A stretch of 64,000 nt of DNA, from assembly GCA_963737265.1 (NCBI GenBank), contig CAVTRY010000013.1, positions 230,933 through 294,932 on the forward strand, written 5' to 3'. The DNA comes from an uncultured delta proteobacterium (GTDB lineage: Bacteria; Myxococcota_A; Polyangia; Fen-1088). The notes below the pieces were generated by a model. The model was not told the DNA's origin and searched no databases. It was given only the letters and a program-made list of their open reading frames with translations. Within the stretch, counting starts at the first letter, position 1, and each line of letters opens with the position of its first letter. The position numbers and the translations under genes were made by a program. Below, piece by piece: positions 28,621 through 39,036 of the stretch.

Positions 28621-29970
28621 GTGCGAATCCTACATGTCATTGAAAATCGGACACGCCTCGGCCTCCACGGTTGGGCACTCACCGCGGCGGTTCTCTCACT
28701 GCCATCTCTAGCCACCGCAGCGCCCTTCACTATTGAAGATGCCATCCGCGCGACCTGGAAACAGAATCCAGCCATCACCAGCAGTGGCGAGATGGTTGCC
28801 GCGGCCAGGGCTGATGCCGAGGGTGCACGAGACGGACGTTTGCCAAGCATCCTTCTTTCGGCGAAAGCTGTCGCGACCAACGAGCCGATGTCGGCGTTTG
28901 GCCTCAAGCTGGACGAACAGAGGATCACGGCCGCCGATTTCGATCCCAACCGGTTGAATGCTCCTGCCAGCGTGGGTGGCGTTGGGCTGGGTGCCACCGT
29001 GATGCAGCCGCTTTACATGGGCGGCCGTCTGACTGCCGCCCGTCACGCTGCCTCGGCGCAAGCCGAAGCCGAAACCTGCTCGCACGAGCGACGCATGCAG
29101 GAGATGGCGCTGCAGGTGGTTCAAGCCTACTTTGGCGCCCAGGTTGCGGCCGAGGGGCTCAAGTTCGCGGAGGATGTGCTGGCGCAGGCACGCGAGACTG
29201 AAAGCTTCACCCGTTCTCGAAATCAACAAGGGCTTGCGCTCGATGCTGATGTCGCCCGCGCAACCGCATTCCGCGCGCAAGCCGAGGCGGAGAGCAGCGT
29301 CGCCAAGCAACGCCTGGATTCTGCGCGCGCAATGCTCGTGTTGTTGGCGGGCGAGCAAGCCGCGACAGGTGACCTAGGTTCACCGCTTGTCGTAGCAGAA
29401 GTTTCCGTGAATCCTGAAAACACCAGCCATCAACGAGCCGACCTCAAGGCCGCCGAGCTTCGTGCCGAGGCCGCGCGCGCCATGGTTGTAGCCATGCGTG
29501 GAAGCATGCTTCCCGAGGTGATGGCCCAGGCCACGCTGGAGACCATGCGCTCAGATTTCACTCAAGGAGCAACCTGGTACAGCCTGGGCCTGGTCGCCCG
29601 CTGGAGGTTGTCCGTCACAGACCTGCGAACGACCAACGCGGCCTCGCTGCGCGCAAGCGCCGCGGAAGATTCTCGACGATGGCAAGATCGGAAGGCAACC
29701 TTTGAAGTCGACGAAGCCCAACGCGCCTTGCAGTCGGCGCGATCGCGGGGACAGTCCGCGCTCGAAGCTGAGGCCGCCTCTGAGTCCGCGCGCACCCTGC
29801 GCATGGCACGCCATCGTCAGGGGCTACTGCCACTGACCGAAGTTCTCGACGCCGAAGCCGGCCTTGCCGGTGCACGGACGCTTTTACTCAGCAGCGAGTA
29901 CGACGCCCGAGTCGCCGCAGCCCAGCTTCAATTCGCATTCGGCAAACCCATCGAAGGAGTACGACCATGA
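28621..29970 (+). CDS. TolC-family outer-membrane efflux protein
   Basis: Two repeated coiled-coil halves (LEDAIRATW.., AARADAEGA.., RLDSARA..), typical of OEP. The start is uncertain: GTG at 28621 was chosen because it precedes the signal-like ALTAAVLSLPSLATA. Confidence 0.75.
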   Translation: MRILHVIENRTRLGLHGWALTAAVLSLPSLATAAPFTIEDAIRATWKQNPAITSSGEMVAAARADAEGARDGRLPSILLSAKAVATNEPMSAFGLKLDEQRITAADFDPNRLNAPASVGGVGLGATVMQPLYMGGRLTAARHAASAQAEAETCSHERRMQEMALQVVQAYFGAQVAAEGLKFAEDVLAQARETESFTRSRNQQGLALDADVARATAFRAQAEAESSVAKQRLDSARAMLVLLAGEQAATGDLGSPLVVAEVSVNPENTSHQRADLKAAELRAEAARAMVVAMRGSMLPEVMAQATLETMRSDFTQGATWYSLGLVARWRLSVTDLRTTNAASLRASAAEDSRRWQDRKATFEVDEAQRALQSARSRGQSALEAEAASESARTLRMARHRQGLLPLTEVLDAEAGLAGARTLLLSSEYDARVAAAQLQFAFGKPIEGVRP

Positions 29971-30971
29971 TCCGTTCATCACGCATCGGCGCGACCATCG
30001 CGCTTGCCATCACCCTTGGCCAAGGAAATCCGGCTCGGGCCGAGCCGCATCCGGTGACCGTGCACCTCGCGACCGCCGCGACCGATAGCACCGTGCCACT
30101 TTATGCCGCCACCCTAGCGCCCGTGCACCGAGCAACGGTTTCCACGCGTCTGGCGGCAACGGTCCAAAGGGTGCTCGTGGCTGAGGGCACGCACGTGAAG
30201 CACGGGCAGCTCCTGGTGACGCTGTCGAATGACGAGGTTCAGGCCCAAGTAGCGGCGTCTTCCACAGCCCTTGCAAACGCTACGGCCTACGAGCGGCGCA
30301 TATCAGAGTTGACGAGCCAGCGCGCCGCCACGCCGGTCGAGCTGGAATCGGCCCAGGCCCAACGCGCGCAGGCCGCCGCCGCGCTCGCTGGCACGCGAGC
30401 CAGTCTCGCTTACACACAGCTAAGGGCGCCATTCGACGGAGTCGTGCAGGCCCGCCGGGTCAGCGCTGGTGATTTTGTCGGTCCAGGACAGCCGCTCATC
30501 GAGATCGAGGGGGCTGCACTCGAAGTACAGGCGACACTGTCCGAAGAAGAGGCTGGATCTCTCCATATCGGGCAGAAGATCAAATTCGAGGCCGACGGCC
30601 GGCACGGCGAGGCAGAGATCACCGCTCTCACTCCCGGCGGTGATGCGCTTTCGCATCGCCGAGCGCTGCGCGCCAGGGTCACCGACCGGGTATCCGAATT
30701 CCGCTCGGGCGCGTTCGTCCGCATGCAGATCCCGGGCGGCGTCCAGCCAACGCAGCGAAGGGTTCCCAAGAGTGCTCTCGTCCAGCGCGGCGACTTGACC
30801 GGCGTGTTCGTGGCCGAGAATGGCCACGCCCGTTTGCGCTGGTTGTCTCTGGGCGAGACGTCGAGCAACGATGTCGTCGTGCGCGCCGGCCTATCTCCGA
30901 GCGAGTCGATCATTGATGCGCCCGGCAGCCTGCGTGATGAGCAAGCGGTGGAGATCGTCAATGCCCGCTGA
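29967..30971 (+). CDS. efflux RND periplasmic adaptor (MFP/HlyD family)
   Basis: Signal peptide, a lipoyl/barrel-sandwich pattern (VKHGQLLVTL...LRAPFDGVV) and a 4-nt overlap with the tolC-like stop. Confidence 0.85.
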   Translation: MIRSSRIGATIALAITLGQGNPARAEPHPVTVHLATAATDSTVPLYAATLAPVHRATVSTRLAATVQRVLVAEGTHVKHGQLLVTLSNDEVQAQVAASSTALANATAYERRISELTSQRAATPVELESAQAQRAQAAAALAGTRASLAYTQLRAPFDGVVQARRVSAGDFVGPGQPLIEIEGAALEVQATLSEEEAGSLHIGQKIKFEADGRHGEAEITALTPGGDALSHRRALRARVTDRVSEFRSGAFVRMQIPGGVQPTQRRVPKSALVQRGDLTGVFVAENGHARLRWLSLGETSSNDVVVRAGLSPSESIIDAPGSLRDEQAVEIVNAR

Positions 30972-31154
30972 ACGAGAGATAGGCTTTGCCCAGGGCCATC
31001 GCATCATCCTACATCGACGCAGGATCCATCAGAGTCTCGGCCATTTCTGGAAGGTTTTCCCCTGGGGTCGGTGCGCGCGCCGGTGTGCAGGCAGGTTCGG
31101 CAGCGCGCACGGGCGCGGAGACCGGCATAACTATCGGCATCTCCGCAAGATCAC

Positions 31155-31475
31155 TTACAATTTAGATGCGTTGGCCCTGCCGACGATGTCGAGAGGGCTT
31201 CGTCCCAGCTCGTGCCCCTCTCTGTCCCAAAGCATGAGAGCGAGGGCATCCGTTTCCAGGTTCTTCACAATGGCCAGGATCTTGCCCCCGGGCAAGGGAT
31301 AGACCGGCGGTATGAACTCGCCTTGCACCTGCCAGCTTGCCTGCCATCCCGTGAGCTGCAGTCGTTGGCTCAGACCACGCACCGTCACACGGTTTTCTTC
31401 AGCACGAACATTGTACGTCATGATGAGTCCAGCAAATACGAGTCCAGCGAATACGAGGATCGCACACAGGGTCAT
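31155..31475 (-). CDS. hypothetical membrane-anchored protein inside the IS (possible passenger)
   Basis: MTLCAILVFAGLVFAGLIMTYNV... has one TM helix and contains a 15-bp tandem duplication. GC is lower. It lies between IRL and the transposase gene on the opposite strand. Confidence 0.35.
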   Translation of the reverse strand: MTLCAILVFAGLVFAGLIMTYNVRAEENRVTVRGLSQRLQLTGWQASWQVQGEFIPPVYPLPGGKILAIVKNLETDALALMLWDREGHELGRSPLDIVGRANASKL

Positions 31476-31571
31476 CGCATCTAAATCCCGAACGATCTTC
31501 GTGGTATAGCCGGCGCACCAGAGAGGAACGTTTTTTGATTGAAGGGCGATATCGTGGCTTGTTCGTAAGTC

Positions 31572-32741
31572 ATGAAGCGAACAACCGTGGCGGAACGAGA
31601 AAAGGAAGAGCTGGCGGCATCGATCCTGGAGTACTTCGCGTCGGTGCCGGATCCGCGGGTGGAGCGGACGCGGCACCACGCGCTGACGGACATCCTGATG
31701 CTATCGTTGTGTGCCGTGGTCTGTGGTGCTGACTCCTTCTGTGCTATCGAGACCTATGGGCGGGCAAGAGAAGCCTGGTTACGAACGTTTATCGGTCTGC
31801 GCGGCGGGATTCCCACACACGACACCATCGGGAGGGTGTTTGCAGCCCTGAATCCAGATGCCCTGGCTGAGAGGTTCCGGCAGTGGATCTTGAGCGTGGC
31901 GCGACTCACGAAAGGCGAGGTCGTGGCCATCGACGGCAAGACGCTGCGACGATCCTTCCAAGAGGCCGGCAGCCACGCTTTCGTCCACATGGTTAGTGCC
32001 TGGGCCACCAACAACCACGTGGTTCTTGGGCAGGTCAAGACAGAGGAGAAATCCAACGAGATCACTGCCATTCCGCGGTTGCTCAAGCTCCTGAAGATCA
32101 AGGGCTGTCTAGTAACTATCGATGCGATGGGCTGCCAGAAGCAGATCACCGCAGATATCCAGGACGCCGACGCGGATTACCTGCTCGCGGTGAAGGAGAA
32201 CCAACCCACGCTCAGCGCTGAAGTGACGACAATCTTCGCGCATTGTCGTCGCGACCCGACGGGATTGGACGTGGATTTTCACGAGACACGCGATGTTGGG
32301 CACGGACGAACCGAGGTTCGCCGGTGCTGGACCACAAACATGGTCGAGAGCATCTCCCAGTACCAGGAATGGACGGGTCTGAGCAGCTTGGTATTGATCG
32401 AGTCCGAGCGCACGGTCTCGGGGCACACTTCAACCGAGTGCCGCTACTACATCAGTTCGCGAAAGAACCTCCCAGCAGATGCCGCTCTCGACGCCGCTCG
32501 GAAGCACTGGGGAATCGAAAATGAATTGCACTGGGTTCTCGACGTCACTTTCCGTGAGGACGAATGCCGTGTTCGCGCCGGCAACGCCGCCCAGAACTTT
32601 GCAGTGATGCGCCACATCTCACTCAACCTCCTCAAATCAGTCAAAGACTGCAAGCTCAGCATCAGGCTTCGCCGAATGCGCGCGGCATGGGATCAGGACT
32701 TCATTCTGCAAGTCCTCATGGCCCAACCCGATGTGGGATGA
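31572..32741 (+). CDS. ISAs1-family (H-repeat-associated) DDE transposase
   Basis: FASVPDPRVERTRHHALTDILMLSLCAVVCGADSF..IETYG... is the characteristic ISAs1 N-terminus. The stop lies inside IRR. Confidence 0.9.
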   Translation: MKRTTVAEREKEELAASILEYFASVPDPRVERTRHHALTDILMLSLCAVVCGADSFCAIETYGRAREAWLRTFIGLRGGIPTHDTIGRVFAALNPDALAERFRQWILSVARLTKGEVVAIDGKTLRRSFQEAGSHAFVHMVSAWATNNHVVLGQVKTEEKSNEITAIPRLLKLLKIKGCLVTIDAMGCQKQITADIQDADADYLLAVKENQPTLSAEVTTIFAHCRRDPTGLDVDFHETRDVGHGRTEVRRCWTTNMVESISQYQEWTGLSSLVLIESERTVSGHTSTECRYYISSRKNLPADAALDAARKHWGIENELHWVLDVTFREDECRVRAGNAAQNFAVMRHISLNLLKSVKDCKLSIRLRRMRAAWDQDFILQVLMAQPDVG

Positions 32742-35700
32742 TGCGATGACCCTGAGGCTTTGCCGGCCGGGTCGCACAGACCTTTCTGCGCAGCAAGCTC
32801 ACCCCGCTTATCGTCGTCGCCTCACTGTTGCTTGGTCTAGCGGCGGTCTTCCTCACGCCTCGTGAAGAAGAGCCACAGATCGTTGTGCCCATGGTGGACG
32901 TCATCGTGCCCATGCCTGGTGCCACGCCGGTCGAGGTGGAATCCCAACTGACGACACCGCTCGAACGCCGCATGTGGGGCTTGCCAGGCGTCGAGTACCT
33001 CTACAGCACCAGCCGCCCCGGGGCCGCCCTGCTCACGATTCGCTTCAAAGTGAACGAGCCTCTCGAACCCAGCCTGGTGAAGGTCCATCAAGAACTGGCG
33101 GCCCACCCAGAGCTCATGCCTGCCGGTGCACTCCAGCCGGTCGTTCGTTTGCTGACCATTGACGACGTACCGTTCTTGAACCTGACATTGCACGGTGAAG
33201 ACCAGGCACCCGGTGTTCTGCGGGCTGTGGCCGACGAGGTGGCGCGCGAATTGGCCGATGTGCCGCAGACCGCCCAGGTGCACGTACTCGGCGGCGCCCG
33301 TCGCGTGGTTCGCATCGAACCCGATCCCGAACGGCTACGAACGCTACAAGTCTCGCTTGCCGAATTGGATCCGGCTCTGCGTGCCTCGCAGGCCCAGCTG
33401 CCCGCGGGCGCGCTGGTCGACGCCAACAGGCGGGTTGAACTGGAAGCCAAAGGTTACGCGCTGTCGGCCGCCGACTTGCGCCGCGTAGTCGTGGCCACGC
33501 GCGGAGATCGCCCGGTCTATTTGGAAGACGTGGCGCGCGTGACGGACGGTCCCGAACCCGAGCCCGCCATCGTCGTGACGGCCAAGAAGGGGCAGTCCGG
33601 CTTCGAGCAAGCGGTGGCCATTGCCGTGGCCAAGCGGCCGGGTACCAACGCCACCGATCTGGCGACGCGCGTGCTCGGTAAGGTCGAGGCACTCAAGGGC
33701 CGGCTTATCCCCTCGTCGATCACCGTGGATGTAACCCGCAACTATGGCGAAACGGCCGGCGAGAAGTCGAACGAGCTCATCGAGCACCTCCTCATTGCCA
33801 CGCTTTCCGTCATCGCGCTCATCTTGCTCGCCATGGGCTGGCGCTCGGCCGTCATCGTGGCCATCGCGGTCCCGGTCACGCTAGCGCTGACCCTGCTGCT
33901 CACGTACCTGTTCGGCTACACACTCAACCGCGTCACACTGTTCGCGCTCATCTTCTCCATCGGCATCTTGGTGGACGACGCCATTGTGGTGGTCGAGAAC
34001 GTGCACCGGCATCTCTATCTGCCCGGACCCAAGCGCAGCTTCGCGCGCACGGTGATTGACGCCGTGGACGAAGTCGGTAACCCGACCATCCTAGCCACCT
34101 TCGCCGTTGTCGCGGCCATCCTGCCGCTGGCCCTCGTGCGCGGCCTCATGGGCCCGTACATGCGGCCCATTCCCATCGGTGCCAGCGTGGCCATGATGTT
34201 CTCGCTGGCAATTGCCTTCATCGTCAGCCCCTGGGCGGCCATGATCGTCTTTCGCAAGAAGGCACATTTGCCCGACACGGACGAGACGGGGCTACACCCC
34301 GCGGATCCAAGCTACGAGGCTCCCTCGCCAGAAACCGACGACGTCACGGCCCACCCCGAGTCGCGACCAGAGACCATTTGGACGCGCATGCACCGGACCA
34401 TCACACGAGAGCTGCTGGGATCCACCGGCGCCCGCTGGGCTTTCGTGGGTGGACTGGTGGTGCTCTTGGGTGGTGCGGCAGCTTTGGTCGCGGCTGGCAC
34501 GGTCAAGGTCAAGATGTTGCCCTTCGACAACAAGGCCGAGTTCCAGGTTCAGCTCGACATGCCGGCGGGAACGCCCCGCGAAGACACCTTCGTTGTCGGC
34601 CAAGCCCTGGCGCGCCGGGTGCTCGATGAGCCGGAGGCGCTCGACGTCCAGGTCTATGCAGGCGTGGCCGCGCCCTTCACCTTCGTCGGCATGGTTCGCC
34701 ATAGCTTCTTCCGGGATGCGCCCGAGCAGGTCGACTTGCAGGTCAACCTGGTGCCGAAGGGCAAGCGCAAGGCGCAAAGCCACGCCATCGTCATGCGCCT
34801 GCGGCCCGCCCTGGAAGCGATTGCCAGCGCCAAGGGTGGCCGGCTCAAGTTGGTCGAGATTCCGCCGGGTCCTCCCGTGCTCGACACCCTGGTGGCGGAG
34901 GTCTACGGCCCCAGCACTGCCGAGCGCGATCGCTTGGCGCAGAGACCCTGGCCGCTTTTCACTCCACCGTGGGTGTCGTCGACATCGATTCGACCCTGAA
35001 CCCGACCTCGCCCAAGATTTCCATCGAAATCGATCGAGAAAAGTCCGCCCTGCACGGGGTTGCGCCCACCGCCGTCGTGCAGACCTTGGCCGCGGCCGGG
35101 TATGGCGCGCAACTGGGTCTATTCCACGGCGGACACGGCGCAAACCAGAATCCCCATCATCCTGCAACTCGCACCGGCCCAGCGCAGCCGCATCGATCAA
35201 CTGTTGCAGTTGACTGTTCCCGGTGTTCGCGGTCCGGTCCCACTCTCCGAACTGGTGCATACCACCGCTGGGCTCGCCGACCCCGACATCTTCCACAAGA
35301 ACCTCATGCCTGTGTCCTACGTCTTCGGGGACCTGGCCGGTAGCATTGAAAGCCCGGTCTACGCCCTGGCTGCCCTCAACAAGAAGCTCGACAACCTCCG
35401 CAGCGCCTCGGGCGAAGTTGTGCCGCGCTTCGGGCTCAACCTGCCCACCGATACCGAACACTCTTCGCTCAAATGGGACGGCGAGTGGCACATCACCCTG
35501 GAAGTGTTCCGCGATCTCGGCCTCGCCTTCGCGGCGGTGCTGATTCTCATCTACGTTCTGGTCGTCGGCTGGTTCCAGAGCTTCACGGTTCCGCTGGTCA
35601 TTCTGGTTCCCATCCCGCTGTCACTCATCGGAATCATTCCCGCCCACTGGGCGATGGGGAGCTTCTTCACCGCGACCAGCATGATCGGCTTCATCGCCGG

Positions 35701-36069
35701 AGCCGGCATCATCTTACGCAACAGCATCATCTTGGTGGACTTCATCGAGCTGAAGTTGCGCGAGGGCATGCCGCTGGCCCTGGCCGTCGAGGAAGCGGGC
35801 GTGGTCCGATTTCGCCCCATGGTGCTCACCGCGGCCGCCGTTTTGGTCGGCAGCGCAGTCATGCTGGCCGATCCCATTTTCCAGGGTTTGGCCATCGCAC
35901 TCATGGCCGGCCAAGTGGCGGCGACCTTGCTGTCTCGCTTGGCCGTCCCGCTTCTTTACTTCGTGCTGGCTCGCCGCGGTCGTGCTGCCGAGTTGCAACG
36001 TGAAGGCGCCCGCAACCTGCCCACCGAACTCGCCAACATCATCCCCTTGTCTCGAACCGGGAGCACGCC

Positions 36070-36300
36070 ATGACCATTGACCGTATCGTCTTCGCAGTGG
36101 CCGGTTCACTCGTGCTTCTGAGCGTGGTACTTACCCTCGCCGTCAGCCCTTGGACCAACGGCAAGGTGGTGGTGCCTGCCCTCAACGCCTTGCACATCGA
36201 CCTCGCCATCCCGGGCAACTGGGAGGTGGTCTATGGGATCCCGGCGCTGCTCGAGCGCTCACGCGAGCTCAACTACCCGATCGTGGTAGATGGTCGCTAG
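36070..36300 (+). CDS. small membrane protein (N-terminus DUF2892/YgaP-like)
   Basis: The ATG overlaps the RND stop (ATGA). [28 protein letters not shown] resembles the DUF2892 N-terminus. The C-terminal half was not recognised. Confidence 0.4.
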   Translation: MTIDRIVFAVAGSLVLLSVVLTLAVSPWTNGKVVVPALNALHIDLAIPGNWEVVYGIPALLERSRELNYPIVVDGR

Positions 36301-37956
36301 CTAGGTTTCCCAATTGAAGCCGCCCTCGGCCACCATGCTCATGTGGCCGCCGGTCACGTTGGCGACGTCGGCGAAGCCGTGCTGCTTGAGAATGCGGACG
36401 GCCAGATGGGCGCGAAAGCCCGACCGGCAGTGCACGACGATGCGCCTATCCTTGGGCAGGCGATCGATCTCGAAGCGCAGGTCGTCCACCGGAAGGTGCA
36501 TGGCTCCAGCAAGATGAGACGCCTCGTACTCGCCGAGGGTTCGGACGTCGAGAACGAGGGGCGGCTTGGGCGTGGCTAGCTCGGCCTTGAGCTCTGCCGC
36601 CGACACGAGCGGGCTGAATCCCGAGAGATCGTTCTGACCGATGAACGCGGCCAGGTTGATCGGGTCGTTGGCCGTCGAGTAAGGCGGCGCGTAGGCGAGA
36701 TCGAGCTCGGCCAAATCGTGCAGTGTGAGCTTGCCGGCAAGCGCGGTGGCGAGCACGTCGATGCGCTTGTCGACGCCGGCCGGGCCGAATGCCTGGGCGC
36801 CGAGCAGTCGAGCGGTCTTCTTGTCGTAGATGAGCTTGAGCGACAGCTCTTCGGCGCCTGGGTAGTAGCCGGCGTGGTGGCCCTTGTAGATGACCGCAAC
36901 GCCGACGGCGAAGCCGGCCTCGCGCGCCGAACGTTCAGATAAGCCAGTTGCCGCAGCCGTGGCCTCGAAGATCTTGACGACGCTGGTGCCGAGCGCGCCT
37001 CGGTAGGCCATGTCCAAGCCCAGCGCGTTCGAAGCAGCGATGCGGCCCTGACGATTGGCTGGCCCGGCCAGCGGTACGCGCACGCGCCTGCCCGAGACCT
37101 TGTGCAGGATCTCCAGCATGTCACCCGCCGCGTAGATGTCGGGATCTGCCGTGCGCAAATGGTCGTCGACCACGAGGCCCCCGGTCGAGCCAATTTCAAG
37201 CCCCGCCTTGCGCGCCAGGGTGAGCTCGGGGCGAACGCCAACCGAGAACAGCACCAGATCCGCGGGCAGGCGGCGCCCGTCTCCGAGCACGACGGTGCTG
37301 TCCGCAACCGATTCGACCTTCACGCCCGTCAGCACCTTCACGCCGTTGGCTTCGAGCACGGAGGCAACCTGGTGACCGACCTCTGGATCCATGTTTGCCA
37401 TCACGCTCGGCAAAAGCTCGACCACGGTTGTCGCGAGTCCGCGTTTCTTCAGCGCCTCGGCCATTTCGAGACCGATGAAGCCGCCTCCGACCACGACGGC
37501 GGTGCGGGGCTTGTCCTTTTCGATATAGGCGTGCATTCGGTCCATGTCAGGGACCGTCCATAGTTTGAATACGTAGGGCGCGTCAGCCCCGGGCATGGAG
37601 GGCGTGATGGGATTGCCACCCTGGGCGAGGATGAGCTTGTCGTAGGCCAGCCACGACTCGCCGCCCTTGCCGCGCACCAGGACCTTCTTGCCCAATCGAT
37701 CGATCTCGATGGTTTCGGTTTCGAGCAAGACGCGTACGCCGTAGCGGGCATCGAAGCCCTCTGGCGTCTGCAGAAGCAGATCAGAGCGTTTGACGATGTC
37801 GCGCGAGATGAAGTACGGCAGCCCGCAGTTGGCATACGAGACATAGGGCCCCCGCTCGACCACGGTGATCTCGGCCGCTTCGCTGATTCGACGGGCACGT
37901 GCGGCGGCGGTCGCTCCGCCCGCAACACCTCCGACGATGACGATTTTGGTCTTCAT
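36301..37956 (-). CDS. CoA-disulfide reductase / NADH-dependent persulfide reductase fused to a C-terminal rhodanese domain
   Basis: FAD motif IVGGVAGGATAA, redox Cys in SYANCGLPY, a second dinucleotide fold VVGGGFIGLE, and a C-terminal rhodanese active site VVHCRSGFR. Confidence 0.85.
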   Translation of the reverse strand: MKTKIVIVGGVAGGATAAARARRISEAAEITVVERGPYVSYANCGLPYFISRDIVKRSDLLLQTPEGFDARYGVRVLLETETIEIDRLGKKVLVRGKGGESWLAYDKLILAQGGNPITPSMPGADAPYVFKLWTVPDMDRMHAYIEKDKPRTAVVVGGGFIGLEMAEALKKRGLATTVVELLPSVMANMDPEVGHQVASVLEANGVKVLTGVKVESVADSTVVLGDGRRLPADLVLFSVGVRPELTLARKAGLEIGSTGGLVVDDHLRTADPDIYAAGDMLEILHKVSGRRVRVPLAGPANRQGRIAASNALGLDMAYRGALGTSVVKIFEATAAATGLSERSAREAGFAVGVAVIYKGHHAGYYPGAEELSLKLIYDKKTARLLGAQAFGPAGVDKRIDVLATALAGKLTLHDLAELDLAYAPPYSTANDPINLAAFIGQNDLSGFSPLVSAAELKAELATPKPPLVLDVRTLGEYEASHLAGAMHLPVDDLRFEIDRLPKDRRIVVHCRSGFRAHLAVRILKQHGFADVANVTGGHMSMVAEGGFNWET

Positions 37957-38002
37957 GCTCGTACGCTAGCCCCAAAATGGGATGTCCGCGCGGCCAGGTC
38001 TT

Positions 38003-38173
38003 TCACTTGCCCATTCCGCCGCCGGCCAAAAATCCCATCACTGCGCCGAACAGCGTGGAAATGTAGGGATTGGACGTGATGGGACAAGCACCGCTGCTAC
38101 AGCCAACCAGCTTGTAGTAGCCGAAGCCGAGAACTGCGCCGCCAGCGGCGAATGCGACCGTGTGCAATATCAT
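38003..38173 (-). CDS. small membrane protein with a CxxxxC motif (DUF6132-like)
   Basis: MILHTVAFAAGGAVLGFGYYKLVGCSSGACPITSNPYISTLFGAVMGFLAGG. Its ATG overlaps the stop of one frame of the upstream DUF134 gene (ATGA). Confidence 0.5.
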   Translation of the reverse strand: MILHTVAFAAGGAVLGFGYYKLVGCSSGACPITSNPYISTLFGAVMGFLAGGGMGK

Positions 38174-38429
38174 TGTGTGTTCCCCTTTTCGAACCTTGTC
38201 TGTTTCGGCATCGGCGGACGTTCCACCCGGCTGATTGGAGCCAGCCCCGGTCCAAAGGATTCGCGAAGGATTCCTGGTAGAGCCCCTCAAGATCCGCGAG
38301 CCGGAGCAATTCGAACTCGTCCAAGGTCATGACAACCTGTTCGAGGGCGTGGATTGGAATCCCCGCGCGGCTGAACACCGATGCAGCGGGCTTGCCGGCG
38401 ACTTGGCGGCGGCAGGGAGGTCTGGGCAT
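38170..38429 (-). pseudogene. DUF134 (UPF0251)-family protein, C-terminal half in a different frame
   Basis: MPRPPCRRQVAGKPAASVFSRAGIPIHALEQVVMTLDEFELLRLADLEGLYQE is a clear DUF134 N-terminus. The only frame that ends in the ATGA overlap with the next gene differs from the N-terminal frame. The expected HTH is not cleanly readable. Confidence 0.5.
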
Positions 38430-38601
38430 GCATGAACCATAGGGAACGTCGTGGCGGGGGCAAGGTGTCCGGAACTTCATCGGCGCCTTTGTCTGAAGCG
38501 CACGCGCGTACCGCCACGACCGGTGATCCTGAGAGAAGAAGATGTCAGTTGACAACATGGCCAAGTCACCACATGCTTGTCTGCGTATCGTGGGGATCTG
38601 A

Positions 38602-38893
38602 ATGGCGGCCAAGGGCGACGACACATTTCGACGGCACGCGCGGGTGCTCAAGGCGCTTGCCAATGAGTCGCGCCTCAAGATCGTCGATCGGCTCTCGAAG
38701 GGGGAATGCTCGGTGGGTGAGCTGACCGATCTTGTCGGTTCGGATCGTACGACCATTTCGAAGCACCTTGCCGTGCTCCGGTCTCACGACATCGTGCGCG
38801 ACCGGCGCGAGGGGAATGTTGTGTATTACACGTCTGCCAGAAGCTCTTGGGGCGAGCCTTTGGGGTGGCGGAGACGCCGATGTTACCAACTAG
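38602..38893 (+). pseudogene. ArsR/SmtB-family regulator (BigR/persulfide-sensor-like context), possible 1-nt insertion at 38830
   Basis: LKALANESRLKIVDRLSKGECSVGELTDLVGSDRTTISKHLAVLRSHDIVRDRREGNVVYY is canonical ArsR wHTH. Skipping A38830 gives ..VYYRLPEALGASL.. ending at TAG 38891-38893. The uninterrupted ORF instead runs to 38988 through un-protein-like sequence. Confidence 0.75.
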
Positions 38894-38921
38894 CAGGCTG
38901 CGGTTTGCCTTGCCATCACCT

Positions 38922-38951
38922 GAAGAACTGTCCAAAATTGGACAGTTCTTC
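38922..38951 (+). terminator. perfect 14-bp-stem hairpin/palindrome downstream of arsR
   Basis: GAAGAACTGTCCAA-AA-TTGGACAGTTCTTC. There is no trailing T-run, so terminator versus protein-binding palindrome is unresolved. Confidence 0.35.
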
Positions 38952-39036
38952 AGCAGCCGAGCCAAGGGCTCGGCCGCAGGTGGGGTGAAGTCCGCGAATT
39001 TACTTCGCGGACGAGGGGAGGGCAGCGGCCCTCCCT

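Larger units (their letters stand above)
30991..32754 (+). mobile_element. ISAs1-family insertion sequence (1764 bp) with a 10-bp target duplication
   Basis: IRL is CAGGGCCATCGCATCATCCTACATCG. IRR (reverse complement) is CAGGGTCATCGCATCATCCCACATCG, matching at 24 of 26 positions. The TSD AGGCTTTGCC lies at 30981-30990 and 32755-32764. Confidence 0.85.
30961..36073 (+). pseudogene. RND efflux permease, interrupted by an IS after codon 10 and carrying two frameshifts (about 34940 and 35105)
   Basis: MPAEREIGFA | IS | GRVAQTFLRSKLTPLIVVASLLLG... Removing 30991-32764 restores the frame exactly. The downstream reading frame changes twice: ..STAERDRLAQ/AETLAAFHSTVGVVDIDS and ..TLAAAGYG/..[17 protein letters not shown]. 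The 12-TM RND layout is otherwise complete. Confidence 0.85.

Noticed and set aside
38180-38200. tRNA-like GGTTCGAA T-loop motif (minus strand)
   Set aside because: No acceptor or anticodon arms can be built, and the motif lies inside the DUF134/DUF6132 coding region.
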